Of a DNA stretch of 60,293 nt, positions 27,423 through 36,542 are shown piece by piece; within the stretch, counting starts at the first letter, position 1; the number at the start of each line of letters is the position of its first letter. Source of the DNA: a virus. Taxonomy: Duplodnaviria; Caudoviricetes. Location: the IMG/VR virus record IMGVR_UViG_3300046779_000619, positions 1 to 60,293 of that record; one strand, written 5' to 3'. Position numbers and translations under genes: made by a program. The notes below the pieces were generated by a model, which ran no database searches, had not been told where the DNA came from, and saw only the letters and a program-made list of their open reading frames with translations.

Positions 27423-28732
27423 GGCTTGTGTATTTTCTGCCAGAGAGTTGATTTACTCTGTTCGCTGTTCTGTACATAGCCCTTTTCGGTCGATGTAAGA
27501 TAATCACCGGGTCGTTCTAGCTGTTCCATTGCCCACTTGGCTGCTTCTTCTGCTGCCTCAGCATCTGATACATCTGGTTGTGCCTTTAGATAGTCTTCCC
27601 AAGGCAATCTAGAAATCATTCCTCTTTCCAACAACTTCTTTTGGTGCTTCAATGAATCATTGGGATTTTCAGCCTTCCACTTTTTCATTGCTTCTTTTTC
27701 AGAAGGTTGAGCCGATTCGATTTCTTCGATGTCGTCGTCAACTGGCGCTGACTCCACTACCGGTTCTGGAGTTGGCTCTGGCTCAGGTTCTACTATGGGC
27801 TCAGGTATTACTGGAACAACAATAGAAACCGGTTGCGGTTCAATCTTTTCGATTATAACAGGTGCTTGTTCTGTGACAGTGGCTGTGCTTTCGACTATGT
27901 CGTTAGATTCCTTTTCAGGGCTGTCACCCTCCGTGGATTCTTCTTGTTCTCGAGCTTGTCTAAACCACTGGAAGCTGTACTGACTTGCTAGCAATAGAAT
28001 AACTGCTAATGGGTCAAACACTGACACAATGATAATGATTACCCATGTAACGGCTTTCTCTAATACATTGGCATCTGGATTATCACCATAAACAAACGCC
28101 GCGATATATTTTATCGGACCAACTTCTGCTTCCACCTTGCGTACTTCAGCGGCGATGGGTGCCCGTTCTTCACTAAGCTGGGCAATAACTTTCTGTTCGG
28201 CTGCAATCTCAGAAAGTAATCGAGTGCGTTCTTTGGCCTGCCCTCTACGGAGCGCAACTGCCTTGTCCGCACCTTTTTCGTCTTGGCTTCGACCCATAAC
28301 TTGGTCCACAGCCTCATCCATTTGTTTGAGTGCTTTGCGGTTAGCATCGATATTTTCCTTTGCTACTTTAATCTTTTCGTCATAGACAGCGATCTTACTT
28401 TGTACATCTCCCGACACTAGACTTTGATCACTGTGTGCTTTACTTAGGAAGCCAAAGATACCCATGCTGGTAATAACCATCAGTATTGCAATGGCTGCGC
28501 ATAGGTATATTTTGATAAGCTGTGGGGCACGATTCCAGTTTAACTTCAGCCATACAGTAGCTATAAGTTTACTGATTTCTAAGGTCACACCCATTACAAT
28601 AATGGGCACTGCGGCTGCGGCAAAGATAGATACCAGGCCAGCAACAGAGTACCAAACGGCGACTGACGAGATCGTCAACCCACTGATTAACGCCAAATAG
28701 GCTATTATACGATCACCAAGATTTATTTTCAT
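27419..28732 (-). CDS. Multi-TM coiled-coil membrane protein with Pro/Glu-rich tail
   Basis: 3 TM + GIFGFLSKAH, coiled coil, FDPLA TM. Confidence 0.8.
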   Translation of the reverse strand: MKINLGDRIIAYLALISGLTISSVAVWYSVAGLVSIFAAAAVPIIVMGVTLEISKLIATVWLKLNWNRAPQLIKIYLCAAIAILMVITSMGIFGFLSKAHSDQSLVSGDVQSKIAVYDEKIKVAKENIDANRKALKQMDEAVDQVMGRSQDEKGADKAVALRRGQAKERTRLLSEIAAEQKVIAQLSEERAPIAAEVRKVEAEVGPIKYIAAFVYGDNPDANVLEKAVTWVIIIIVSVFDPLAVILLLASQYSFQWFRQAREQEESTEGDSPEKESNDIVESTATVTEQAPVIIEKIEPQPVSIVVPVIPEPIVEPEPEPTPEPVVESAPVDDDIEEIESAQPSEKEAMKKWKAENPNDSLKHQKKLLERGMISRLPWEDYLKAQPDVSDAEAAEEAAKWAMEQLERPGDYLTSTEKGYVQNSEQSKSTLWQKIHKP

Positions 28733-28742
28733 GAACAAATAT

Positions 28743-29171
28743 TTATTCCCTCAGCCATTGCCATTTACTACTAGCATTTTCAAAACAGGCAGTGCGTGTA
28801 ATGTTTTTTTCTGTATTGTAAGCAATGGCCTTAATGTGCAGCCTTCGACAGTATCCAGAACCTGTGGGCCAGGTTATAACAGGAACAGACAGTCCGCTAG
28901 CATCTCTTTCATACCAACTTACTGCCTCTCCGTTTTCTGCATACATCAAGGCATGTGTTATACTCTGATAGTACGCGGCTTTTTGATCTAAGTCAAGAGT
29001 CTTATACCAGCCGAAGCTGAGTTCTAACAGCCTATTGGCAATATTACTAGCTTGGTACTCGAAGAATCTTGGATTGCCAATGTTATCGGCGTAGGCGTTA
29101 CCGGCCAGAAGTATTAACAACTTCCCAACTACCATCCAGCTTTTGACAACTGATGCCTTTGCGTTGAACAT
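28743..29171 (-). CDS. 17-kDa surface antigen-like (RT0821/Lpp0805) protein
   Basis: ENGEAVSW...GYCR...TAC...W. Confidence 0.6.
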   Translation of the reverse strand: MFNAKASVVKSWMVVGKLLILLAGNAYADNIGNPRFFEYQASNIANRLLELSFGWYKTLDLDQKAAYYQSITHALMYAENGEAVSWYERDASGLSVPVITWPTGSGYCRRLHIKAIAYNTEKNITRTACFENASSKWQWLRE

Positions 29172-29418
29172 TGCTTCCTCCGATATTCATCCAATAGGTA
29201 AACTCACCACAGTTAGGAGCCATGCCTATCCTAGCAACTGCTAGACGTTTGATTTGATCATCTGTACAGTCAACTTCAGTGCGACTACTGACTACTTCTT
29301 TGTCTTCAGTAACAATCTTCTGACTGGTGTAACAGTATTGTGGCTTCTGTGCAACAACCTTTGGAGATGACGAACATCCCGTTAAAGCCATTGCAATCAG
29401 AACTAATAGATATTTCAT
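29098..29418 (-). CDS. Lipoprotein
   Basis: Lipobox LTGC; CQKLDGSWE. Confidence 0.75.
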   Translation of the reverse strand: MKYLLVLIAMALTGCSSSPKVVAQKPQYCYTSQKIVTEDKEVVSSRTEVDCTDDQIKRLAVARIGMAPNCGEFTYWMNIGGSNVQRKGISCQKLDGSWEVVNTSGR

Positions 29419-29897
29419 TGCTCTGCTTTCGATGCCTTGGCTTCTGCGATCAGTTGATCAAACACAGCCTTGGGCATTTCTAGACGAACAAATGTATAGT
29501 GACGACCTTTCATGGTAAACTGTGCTGTCTCAGTTTTCAGGTGTTCACGAATAGTTGTACTCTTAACAACATACGAAATCTTTGTTCGTGTGTTCTTTTT
29601 GTCATTGACAAAATCAAGGGTCGTTTCACTGTTGACTTCTGAGTTAATGCGTTTTGCAAAGTTGTTCATTGCAATAGCATACATCTGTTCTTCTGCTGCC
29701 TGTGCGTGAATAGACTCGCCGCCACCGCAAGCATAAGCGAACTCTTTCTTCCACCAGAAGTAGCCTTTAACACCAGCTTGTTGGCATTCCTGATACCAGT
29801 CAGGTTGAGCGTAGGTCTTGCGTTCTTCGATCTCTTTCATTGAAGAACATGCAGTCATCAATGCAACGAAGGGAATAAGGAATAGAGCTTTTTTCAT
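29415..29897 (-). CDS. Lipoprotein (LPP20-like)
   Basis: MTAC lipobox; QPDWY. Confidence 0.7.
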   Translation of the reverse strand: MKKALFLIPFVALMTACSSMKEIEERKTYAQPDWYQECQQAGVKGYFWWKKEFAYACGGGESIHAQAAEEQMYAIAMNNFAKRINSEVNSETTLDFVNDKKNTRTKISYVVKSTTIREHLKTETAQFTMKGRHYTFVRLEMPKAVFDQLIAEAKASKAEQ

Positions 29898-29923
29898 ATG
29901 TGCCTTTCTGTGTGTGATCAATA

Positions 29924-30061
29924 TTAAGCTCGACCGAGCCATGCTACATTACAGCCGTATTGTGCCTTGAGAGCTGCTTCGCCTTCGCTAGCAGTAGCAC
30001 ATTCAAAGACTGTATCGAATGTACGACCTTGAAGGTATACGCGATACTTGTAACGAATCAT
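29924..30061 (-). CDS. Small hypothetical protein
   Basis: GAAAGG SD with CA-rich leader. Confidence 0.55.
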   Translation of the reverse strand: MIRYKYRVYLQGRTFDTVFECATASEGEAALKAQYGCNVAWLGRA

Positions 30062-30095
30062 AACTGACCTTTCTGTGTGTGTTTTCAGTGTTAAA

Positions 30096-30124
30096 AGTAT
30101 AACACCGTGGCTATCCAAAGTCAA
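30096..30124 (-). promoter_or_regulatory. sigma70-type promoter
   Basis: TTGACT-N17-TATACT. Confidence 0.7.
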
Positions 30125-30141
30125 CCGTTATGTTAACCAAA

Positions 30142-30696
30142 TTATCTAGGAAAGAAAACATAGTTAATAACTATGCGTTTTGCATTGTCTATTGGGCAAG
30201 AACTAGCGTGTCTTACAGTTGACGGAAACAGTACAGCTGATCCTTTTTTTGGAAAAATCTCTTTAACAACAGATCCTTGTTCGTCGAAGAATCTAGTGGG
30301 TCCGTCACTGTCATTAAGATAGTAGACCATGGATAAAGATTCTGTTTCGTGTCTATCAGTGTGAACAGGATGTGATTGGTTTTTATTTTTGAATACAGGA
30401 AATAAAAGATTTGCTTTTACTCTAGTAACATGTTTTGGATATATTCCGGTTCGTTGTTCCAGAAAAAACATCACGCACATTGCAAGAGCAGTGATAGCAG
30501 ATTTTGGTTGATTGTCTACTACCAAAGAATGGTACATTTGATGTGTGTCTAGAACTTCTACATCTAAGGAAGGATATGCTTGACTATATCCTCCACAGCT
30601 TGATGCTAGGTTCCAAACACAATCATCGTCTGTGAAAACCTGCTCTAGTTTGTCTGCTAGAGAACTAGGAACAAGGTCTTCAAGAAACTGTATCAT
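30142..30696 (-). CDS. 2OG-Fe(II) oxygenase
   Basis: HTD...VYYLNDSDG.T.F...H...RIVIN. Confidence 0.88.
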   Translation of the reverse strand: MIQFLEDLVPSSLADKLEQVFTDDDCVWNLASSCGGYSQAYPSLDVEVLDTHQMYHSLVVDNQPKSAITALAMCVMFFLEQRTGIYPKHVTRVKANLLFPVFKNKNQSHPVHTDRHETESLSMVYYLNDSDGPTRFFDEQGSVVKEIFPKKGSAVLFPSTVRHASSCPIDNAKRIVINYVFFPR

Positions 30697-30998
30697 TTAA
30701 AGAAAATCAGTGCCATCATTACTGCTTGAACAATGAAGCCCAGGCCGATTGTAATGATATTGAGCATGTCTTTCTGTACTGCTGCCTTGATGAACAACAA
30801 TGTAAGACCGGACCAAACTAGCAATACTAGATCCACACCAGGCAAGCGATCTGTAAGTCCACTCATTACTGCGAGCAAACTTGGAACAGTTGCGGCATGT
30901 AATACCAACACTGCTAACCACCCAAATGTTTCTGCAGAGACTGAAGAGAACTTAGCAAGGATAGATTCTTTGAACAGTTGAAGATTAAAGTCTGTCAT
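30693..30998 (-). CDS. Three-TM membrane protein
   Basis: Hydrophobic, coupled to hydrolase. Confidence 0.75.
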   Translation of the reverse strand: MTDFNLQLFKESILAKFSSVSAETFGWLAVLVLHAATVPSLLAVMSGLTDRLPGVDLVLLVWSGLTLLFIKAAVQKDMLNIITIGLGFIVQAVMMALIFFK

Positions 30999-31555
30999 TT
31001 TTTAGTTCCTTTGTCTTTGGGTTTGTAGAAAATGTGATTACCGATACTTCCGATTTTGTCTAAGTTCCATTTAGGATTGACATAGTTTGCATGATAGTAC
31101 AGTGCTTCTTTTAAGACGTCAAGTTTGAATCCTTCCAATAGCACCTTCTTAGCAACTTCATAACTTTCTTTATAGGCAGCATTTTGTAAAGGCGCTACCT
31201 TGGATCCTGATTCGCAGTACCATGAGAACTGGCATACGACTTTTTCCATTATAACACTTTTCTGATAAATGACACCGCAGATATCTTTTGGGAAGTCTGG
31301 GTGTGCCGCACGATTCATAGTAACCTGTGCAACAGCAACTTTACCTTCGAAGCTTTCGTGTCCTGCTTCTCTATAGATATTAAGGGCAAGACAATCTAGT
31401 TGTCTTTCTCTGGTTTTGATTGTAACGACATCTTGGCTGTAGTAGCCATTTCGTTCACGAAGGTTATTGAACTTGGTATCTGTTACTTTCATTACAAGAA
31501 ACGATACCAAAACAATACCTAAAATAAAGGCAGTAAGCCTTAATGCTTTTTCCAT
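30995..31555 (-). CDS. SleB-like cell-wall hydrolase (Hydrolase_2), N-terminal TM
   Basis: CLALNIYREAGHE...VAVAQVTMNR...CQFSW...IGNHIFY. Confidence 0.92.
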   Translation of the reverse strand: MEKALRLTAFILGIVLVSFLVMKVTDTKFNNLRERNGYYSQDVVTIKTRERQLDCLALNIYREAGHESFEGKVAVAQVTMNRAAHPDFPKDICGVIYQKSVIMEKVVCQFSWYCESGSKVAPLQNAAYKESYEVAKKVLLEGFKLDVLKEALYYHANYVNPKWNLDKIGSIGNHIFYKPKDKGTKK

Positions 31556-31805
31556 AAGTCCTCCTTTGACTTGGTGCGATCATTGCTGATCGCATTACAT
31601 AAAGGGAGTTAACTTCACGAGGCTCTGAAAGAACCCTACTTTCGTGTAGTTGTCTCCATTGGACGCACAATCTCATAACTTGTGTGCCTTTGGCGACCCT
31701 TGGCTTCCCGAAAATACGGGTTTCTCATTGGCCAAGACCCGCGGGTTTAATAAAATGAATCCCATTAAATCAAACCAACTATCTTAGTTTCTTTGCGAAA
31801 CGTAG
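31556..31805 (-). ncRNA. Candidate structured ~250-nt RNA leader of the SleB-like gene
   Basis: Five or more nested stems, including UGCGAUCA-GCAA-UGAUCGCA. Confidence 0.55.
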
Positions 31806-31849
31806 TAATATATACCTCATAATCCAATATCACAGGGCGAAACCGGTGA

Positions 31850-32230
31850 TTATCGACGCATTTTGGCAATATCTTGAGCTTCTTCATCGCTGAACACCGG
31901 CACTGCATTGCTCTTGTGCATTGTGCCAATGCCTTTAATCTTGTCTCCGGTGTAGATTTTATCTGGGGCTTTTACACACGGAACCATACCTGTGTCACGG
32001 CTAGGAATGTGGCGACTGCTACGACCAGGAGGTACATCCAACTTGTATACATCTTTTAGTGTTTTCTTTATTTCTTTGACAACTTTCTTGTTGTCGTATT
32101 TGTCTAGGATAGCTTGCCAGCTTGCTGCTTGTTCTTCAAACTTTCGTTTAGATTCGGCAGAAGTAAATTTCTTCTTGCCTTTTTTCTTGCCTGTGGTACT
32201 GAGCCACGGGCCTTCTAAATGCATACTCAA
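31850..32230 (-). CDS. Conserved basic phage hypothetical protein
   Basis: C-terminal YTG..IKGIGTMHKSNAVPVF...AKMRR. Confidence 0.8.
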   Translation of the reverse strand: MSMHLEGPWLSTTGKKKGKKKFTSAESKRKFEEQAASWQAILDKYDNKKVVKEIKKTLKDVYKLDVPPGRSSRHIPSRDTGMVPCVKAPDKIYTGDKIKGIGTMHKSNAVPVFSDEEAQDIAKMRR

Positions 32231-32263
32231 AAGAAACCTCCAAACTTGTTAAACTATAGGACT

Positions 32264-32292
32264 AGTATAACAGAAAGTTTGGAGGTTGTCAA
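32264..32292 (-). promoter_or_regulatory. sigma70-type promoter within an inverted repeat
   Basis: TTGACA-N17-TATACT. Confidence 0.75.
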
Positions 32293-32297
32293 GTCTA

Positions 32298-32816
32298 TCA
32301 GTTAGCTACTACTCTAGCAACACTGGTCATTACTGCGGCAATACGTCCGATGTCACGAAGTTGTTCTACAGTATAGCCTTCCTTCTTGAGTGTTTCGTAG
32401 TGTGCCTTAACGCAGAAGTGACACTTGCCCACAATACTAGCTGCCAAACTATAGGCTTCGAAACGAGCCTTTGTAGTTCCGCCGTGGCTTGCAATAGCAT
32501 TCATGCGTAACTGTGCTGGCAAGCCTTTCAGCTGCTCGTCATCGGCCATTTCAACGTAGGGATACCAGACGTTGTTTTGAGCCATAATGCTAGCGGCTGT
32601 CAAGGCAGCATCTGCTTCTTTACGATCTGCAAGCTGACTATGAATCCAAGTCCATAGCTTGCTATTGCCTGTTGCAAATGCTGCCGCTAGTGCAACAGCT
32701 TCAGCTTCTTCAACTGGCAGTGTTGAACGTTTGATAACTGCGTCAATATTGAGTTTTGTGTCTCTAGCATACTCAGGGATGCTTGACTCTTTAAGAGCGT
32801 CTACCCATGCTGTCAT
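32298..32816 (-). CDS. ahpD: Alkyl hydroperoxide reductase AhpD
   Basis: IPEYARDTKLN...LRMN...GKCHFCVKAH. Confidence 0.93.
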   Translation of the reverse strand: MTAWVDALKESSIPEYARDTKLNIDAVIKRSTLPVEEAEAVALAAAFATGNSKLWTWIHSQLADRKEADAALTAASIMAQNNVWYPYVEMADDEQLKGLPAQLRMNAIASHGGTTKARFEAYSLAASIVGKCHFCVKAHYETLKKEGYTVEQLRDIGRIAAVMTSVARVVAN

Positions 32817-33214
32817 TTTGTTTTCTCCGCAATGTTTTTGTAACCGGCCCAACTTGGATGGATTTTGTCTTTCTGCCAACGTGTGGTAGGAATAACAGTG
32901 TCGTTAAACTGAGCCGCAACACGTTGGACATGCCTGACAGCATCAGGTTTAGATTCTTCATTGGGCAATACCCAGAAGACTCTATCAGCTGTCACTTTTG
33001 TTCGTATGTTCATCAACATACCGTAAGTGTCTGCTTTTTCCCAATCATTTGTGCTTAGACTAATGATTACAGATTTAGCTGATAGATTATTATTGCCGTA
33101 CTTCTTATTCCATCCATGACTGGTAATCCCACCCTGTGCATAATCCACACACTCTGGACGGAACATTTTAGTTCCTACAGCAATACTATCTCCGATGATC
33201 AAGCAATCCAACAT
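32813..33214 (-). CDS. SGNH/GDSL hydrolase-like protein
   Basis: IIGDSIA...STND...DKIHP. Confidence 0.75.
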   Translation of the reverse strand: MLDCLIIGDSIAVGTKMFRPECVDYAQGGITSHGWNKKYGNNNLSAKSVIISLSTNDWEKADTYGMLMNIRTKVTADRVFWVLPNEESKPDAVRHVQRVAAQFNDTVIPTTRWQKDKIHPSWAGYKNIAEKTK

Positions 33215-33225
33215 GTTAGTCCTGA

Positions 33226-33765
33226 TTAAAGTGTTTCGCCGCCGATAGTACGGTTGCAAGCACAAAGCTCACCAGTTTGCAATGCGTCAAGAATACGCAG
33301 AGTTTCTTCTGGGCTACGACCAACATCTAGGTTGTTTACTGTAACGTGCTGGATAACGTTTTGTGGGTCAACGATAAATGTTGCACGAAGTGCAGCACCT
33401 GCTGGTGCGTAGAACACACCTAGCTGTTCAACCAAGCTCAACTCACCACGCTGTGTGTCAGCAAACTGAGTGTGAGTGATTTTCTGTAGATCTGGGTGTG
33501 CTTTTTGCCAAGCTGTTTTGCAGAACTCGTTGTCTGTACTACCTGTTAGCAATACTGCATCACGGTCAGCAAAGTCTTGGTTCAACTTATCGTATGCTAC
33601 GATTTCTGTTGGGCATACGAATGTAAAGTCCTTTGGATAGAACACGATCACTTTCCACTTGCCTTCGAAGCTTTGGTCTGTGATTGTGAAATATGCATCT
33701 TCTGGTTGTCCTGGCTTGACACCTGTTACTGCAAATGCTGTTAGTTTATCGCCGATTGTTTTCAT
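33226..33765 (-). CDS. ahpC: Peroxiredoxin AhpC
   Basis: FYPKDFTFVCPTEI; GELCAC. Confidence 0.95.
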   Translation of the reverse strand: MKTIGDKLTAFAVTGVKPGQPEDAYFTITDQSFEGKWKVIVFYPKDFTFVCPTEIVAYDKLNQDFADRDAVLLTGSTDNEFCKTAWQKAHPDLQKITHTQFADTQRGELSLVEQLGVFYAPAGAALRATFIVDPQNVIQHVTVNNLDVGRSPEETLRILDALQTGELCACNRTIGGETL

Positions 33766-33901
33766 CTGTTTCTCCTTTGTGTGTGAAATGAAAATTAAGA
33801 ACTTGTTGTTCTATGTTTAATATTATACTTTTATTTACGCTATAGACCAAGCGTTTTTAATAGATTTTATCTAATATATTTTTATGGCAGCAATAGTTTT
33901 T

Positions 33902-34204
33902 TTAAATGAGCCGTAGGGCAACTGCTACTAATATGTCATCGTCGTGACTTAGTGACAGTGCATAAGATCCTTGTAAGATACCTTCTGGATCTTCTACTAC
34001 TGGAGAACTATTTGCAGGAAATCTAATCCTTATTTTATTGTAGGCAAATGATCGACCTTCTGCTTTTACTATGGCCTCAAGACAGGACCATGTCTTAGCC
34101 GCAGAGACAGCATCATCGCCTTCGACATTAAATCTCTTAAGAAAAGCTGGGAAATGAGTCATCATTTCAAATCTCGATATTCTAGTAATGTCAATGCCTA
34201 TCAT
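33902..34204 (-). CDS. acpS: Holo-ACP synthase-like 4'-phosphopantetheinyl transferase
   Basis: IGIDI...RF...WSCLEAIVKA...LSLSHD. Confidence 0.7.
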   Translation of the reverse strand: MIGIDITRISRFEMMTHFPAFLKRFNVEGDDAVSAAKTWSCLEAIVKAEGRSFAYNKIRIRFPANSSPVVEDPEGILQGSYALSLSHDDDILVAVALRLI

Positions 34205-34220
34205 ATATTATTCCAAATAA

Positions 34221-34246
34221 AGAAAGGCTACCGGAGTAGCCTTTCT
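34221..34246 (-). terminator. Intrinsic terminator after tmRNA
   Basis: AGAAAGGCTAC-TCCG-GTAGCCTTTCT then U-rich tract. Confidence 0.8.
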
Positions 34247-34580
34247 GGTAGTTTCTGTTACGAGGTATTTCCTACCCTAAGCAGTGTTTAGGCTGCTAAT
34301 GCGAACTTTGAGTCGTTTGCGTTTACTTTTTTTGCGTCTACGGCCGGGAAACCCCAACCCTACGGCTTCTGCTTTGCCGAGCTGTCCACTCTGTTACTCT
34401 TTGCCCAATCGATCCTGTGTCAGGCCCATCAAAAGCACACATAAGCAGACATTACTTCACCACTATCGTCTGTACCATCGCACTATTTCAGGTGAGAAGC
34501 GATGTATGTGCTTTTGGTGGACCTGGCGGGCACTGCCCCCGCGTCTTGAACTTATTTCTCATCGCTTCATACAGCAATAA
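34247..34580 (-). ncRNA. ssrA: Circularly permuted (two-piece) tmRNA; tag ANDSKFALAA at 34288-34320
   Basis: Acceptor piece ends GCGGG-GGCAGUG-CCCGC-CAGGUCC-ACCA (34515); intervening stem; coding piece starts GGGCCUG (34427) giving G3:U70. Confidence 0.92.
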
Positions 34581-34597
34581 CTTATATTTAAACATCT

Positions 34598-34900
34598 TTA
34601 AGCAAAGATGTCAATATCTACTTTCTCTTTTTGGATTTGTTTTTCTGGACGAATAGGCTCTAACCAAGTGTCCGGGATATAGGCTTTAGGTGTGTCACCT
34701 AACATATTGGTAAGTCCGTAATCAGTAGCTACCCACCAGAAGTGATCAGTAATGATAGCTTTACATTCTACGCCTCGGAAGAAGAAAGATTCTCCTGCTT
34801 TGAAGTGTCCAATGTAGCTGTCAACTAACACAGTCTTACCTATGTTAGCAGGACGTATGCTATGAATGATTTTGGCTAGATCGCCAGCTTCGCATTTCAT
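34598..34900 (-). CDS. Hypothetical protein
   Basis: MKCEAGDLA...PDTWLEPIRP. Confidence 0.7.
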   Translation of the reverse strand: MKCEAGDLAKIIHSIRPANIGKTVLVDSYIGHFKAGESFFFRGVECKAIITDHFWWVATDYGLTNMLGDTPKAYIPDTWLEPIRPEKQIQKEKVDIDIFA

Positions 34901-35145
34901 TTTTTTGCCTGCATTAGTTGTGCGTGAAGAATCATGTTTTCAGTAACTAACTTAGTGATAGTTGCTAACATGATAACATGATCATTGTCTGTAACTTCGT
35001 CTTTGTCAAACTGTTCTAGAATACTTGCAGCAATCATTTTCATTGCCTGCTCTTTACCCTGTTTAAAGGTATTCCAATCGAAGGGGTCACCTTCTTCTAC
35101 TGCAAATGCCAGTTCGACTAGTTGGTCTATGTTTATTTTAGCCAT
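34897..35145 (-). CDS. Hypothetical protein
   Basis: Coupled ORF. Confidence 0.7.
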   Translation of the reverse strand: MAKINIDQLVELAFAVEEGDPFDWNTFKQGKEQAMKMIAASILEQFDKDEVTDNDHVIMLATITKLVTENMILHAQLMQAKK

Positions 35146-35543
35146 CCGATCTTCTCTCCTGTTTCTTTTCTACGGTCGTGCTCCTCAACAGAGGAAGGAT
35201 ATCGCCAGGCCCAAACAGCAACAATGGCCATAAAGACTGCGGTGCTGATTATGCCGATGAGTTTGACATTGCCTAGATACATAAGAACTAGACTTAGACT
35301 CATCATGCCTAACATAAAGTATTTCATCTTCTGTGGGAAGACACGTTTCTCTCCCCAGTTACGTAAGAATGGTCCAAACAACTTGTGATTCATAATCCAG
35401 TTGTGCATACGTTCGCTGCCTTTACTGAAGCAATAGGCTGCGGCTACTACCCAAATACTATAAGGTAATCCAGGAGTGATGACTCCTAAGTAGGCTAGTC
35501 CTAAACATAGGAAGCCCAGTGTGTTCCATAAAAACTTTTTCAT
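35133..35543 (-). CDS. ybaN: YbaN/DUF454 inner-membrane protein
   Basis: LGVITPGLP...CFSKGSERMHNW...HKLFGPFLRNW. Confidence 0.85.
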   Translation of the reverse strand: MKKFLWNTLGFLCLGLAYLGVITPGLPYSIWVVAAAYCFSKGSERMHNWIMNHKLFGPFLRNWGEKRVFPQKMKYFMLGMMSLSLVLMYLGNVKLIGIISTAVFMAIVAVWAWRYPSSVEEHDRRKETGEKIGWLK

Positions 35544-36532
35544 TATGCTGCTACTACTCTATTCGGTACTGCTGCTACTACAACGTCCGGGTGTAGGTTT
35601 GGTAAAAACTTACCGCCGGCTGCTGCGCTCAGAGTTGCTAGTTTGTTTTGAGGTTTTGATTGAGATATCCACTTTCCGCCATATGGTAGATTAGGTATCG
35701 CATAGCTTACGTGTATCCAAACTGTCTTGCCTGGCATGTATTCTAATAACAGTTGATCATATGGCAAGTTCTTACTCATCCATAATGCAACATCGTAATA
35801 GTCGTGTGCCGACAATCCGCGAATCTGTATATCGCAGGCCTGTCCAGTTCCGTGTTGGCCTCCACCGATACTTGCACCGTGGCGGAAACTGTTGGTAAGG
35901 AAGGCTTTTGGATATTGACGCTTAACTGGTTCAACAATGTTAAGTGCCAGTGCTGCAAGATTGTTAACAATCTGTGCAGGTGTCATTCCCGGATATCCCT
36001 CGCTGAGTTGGGGAATAGTTCTAGGAAATGTTACTTTAGAAATCATATCGCCCAGTGTGGTGCCACTAGGCGTCAACACTGTAGACATCTTAAAGTCACC
36101 TTCGCTTACAGGAGTAATGTCCTGTCCTCTAACTGTTACTGCACTAGGAGGAGTTCCTGTTCCAGCAGGTTTAACTTCTTTAGTGATTTCTTCGTATTCT
36201 TTCTTAGTGATTTTTCCTTCAGAAAGGAATCGATCAGCTTCAGCTTTACCACGACTAGTATCTTCTCCATCTTCGTTCTGTACAGCCTGTATAACTGTAA
36301 CTGGAGGAACAGTACTTTGACTAAAAGCTGATTTAGGTGTAGCTGCGTTATAGAGAGCAATAACTTGATTATTTGCCTTAACGTCAGCAGAATCGTATAC
36401 GGGCTCAACTCTACCATCGGGACCGAACCGTAGGCCCACAACAGATGTAAAGTTATGTGTGTGCGGGACTAGAAAATGCCCGCCTACCGAAGTAGAGGGC
36501 GAGTTGGACGGGTTGATGGTAGGTGCTGTCAT
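35543..36532 (-). CDS. Peptidase M15-family protein (putative virion-associated peptidoglycan hydrolase)
   Basis: NSFR...QHGTGQACDI...DQLLLE...WIHVSY. Confidence 0.75.
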   Translation of the reverse strand: MTAPTINPSNSPSTSVGGHFLVPHTHNFTSVVGLRFGPDGRVEPVYDSADVKANNQVIALYNAATPKSAFSQSTVPPVTVIQAVQNEDGEDTSRGKAEADRFLSEGKITKKEYEEITKEVKPAGTGTPPSAVTVRGQDITPVSEGDFKMSTVLTPSGTTLGDMISKVTFPRTIPQLSEGYPGMTPAQIVNNLAALALNIVEPVKRQYPKAFLTNSFRHGASIGGGQHGTGQACDIQIRGLSAHDYYDVALWMSKNLPYDQLLLEYMPGKTVWIHVSYAIPNLPYGGKWISQSKPQNKLATLSAAAGGKFLPNLHPDVVVAAVPNRVVAA

Positions 36533-36542
36533 TATCTTTTAT

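Noticed and set aside
31464-31676. 70-aa ORF over the SleB leader
   Set aside because: Overlaps the hydrolase out of frame, has no clear SD, and the region is better explained by RNA structure.
34284-34656. Plus-strand ORFs 34284-34580 and 34417-34656
   Set aside because: Antisense to the tmRNA.
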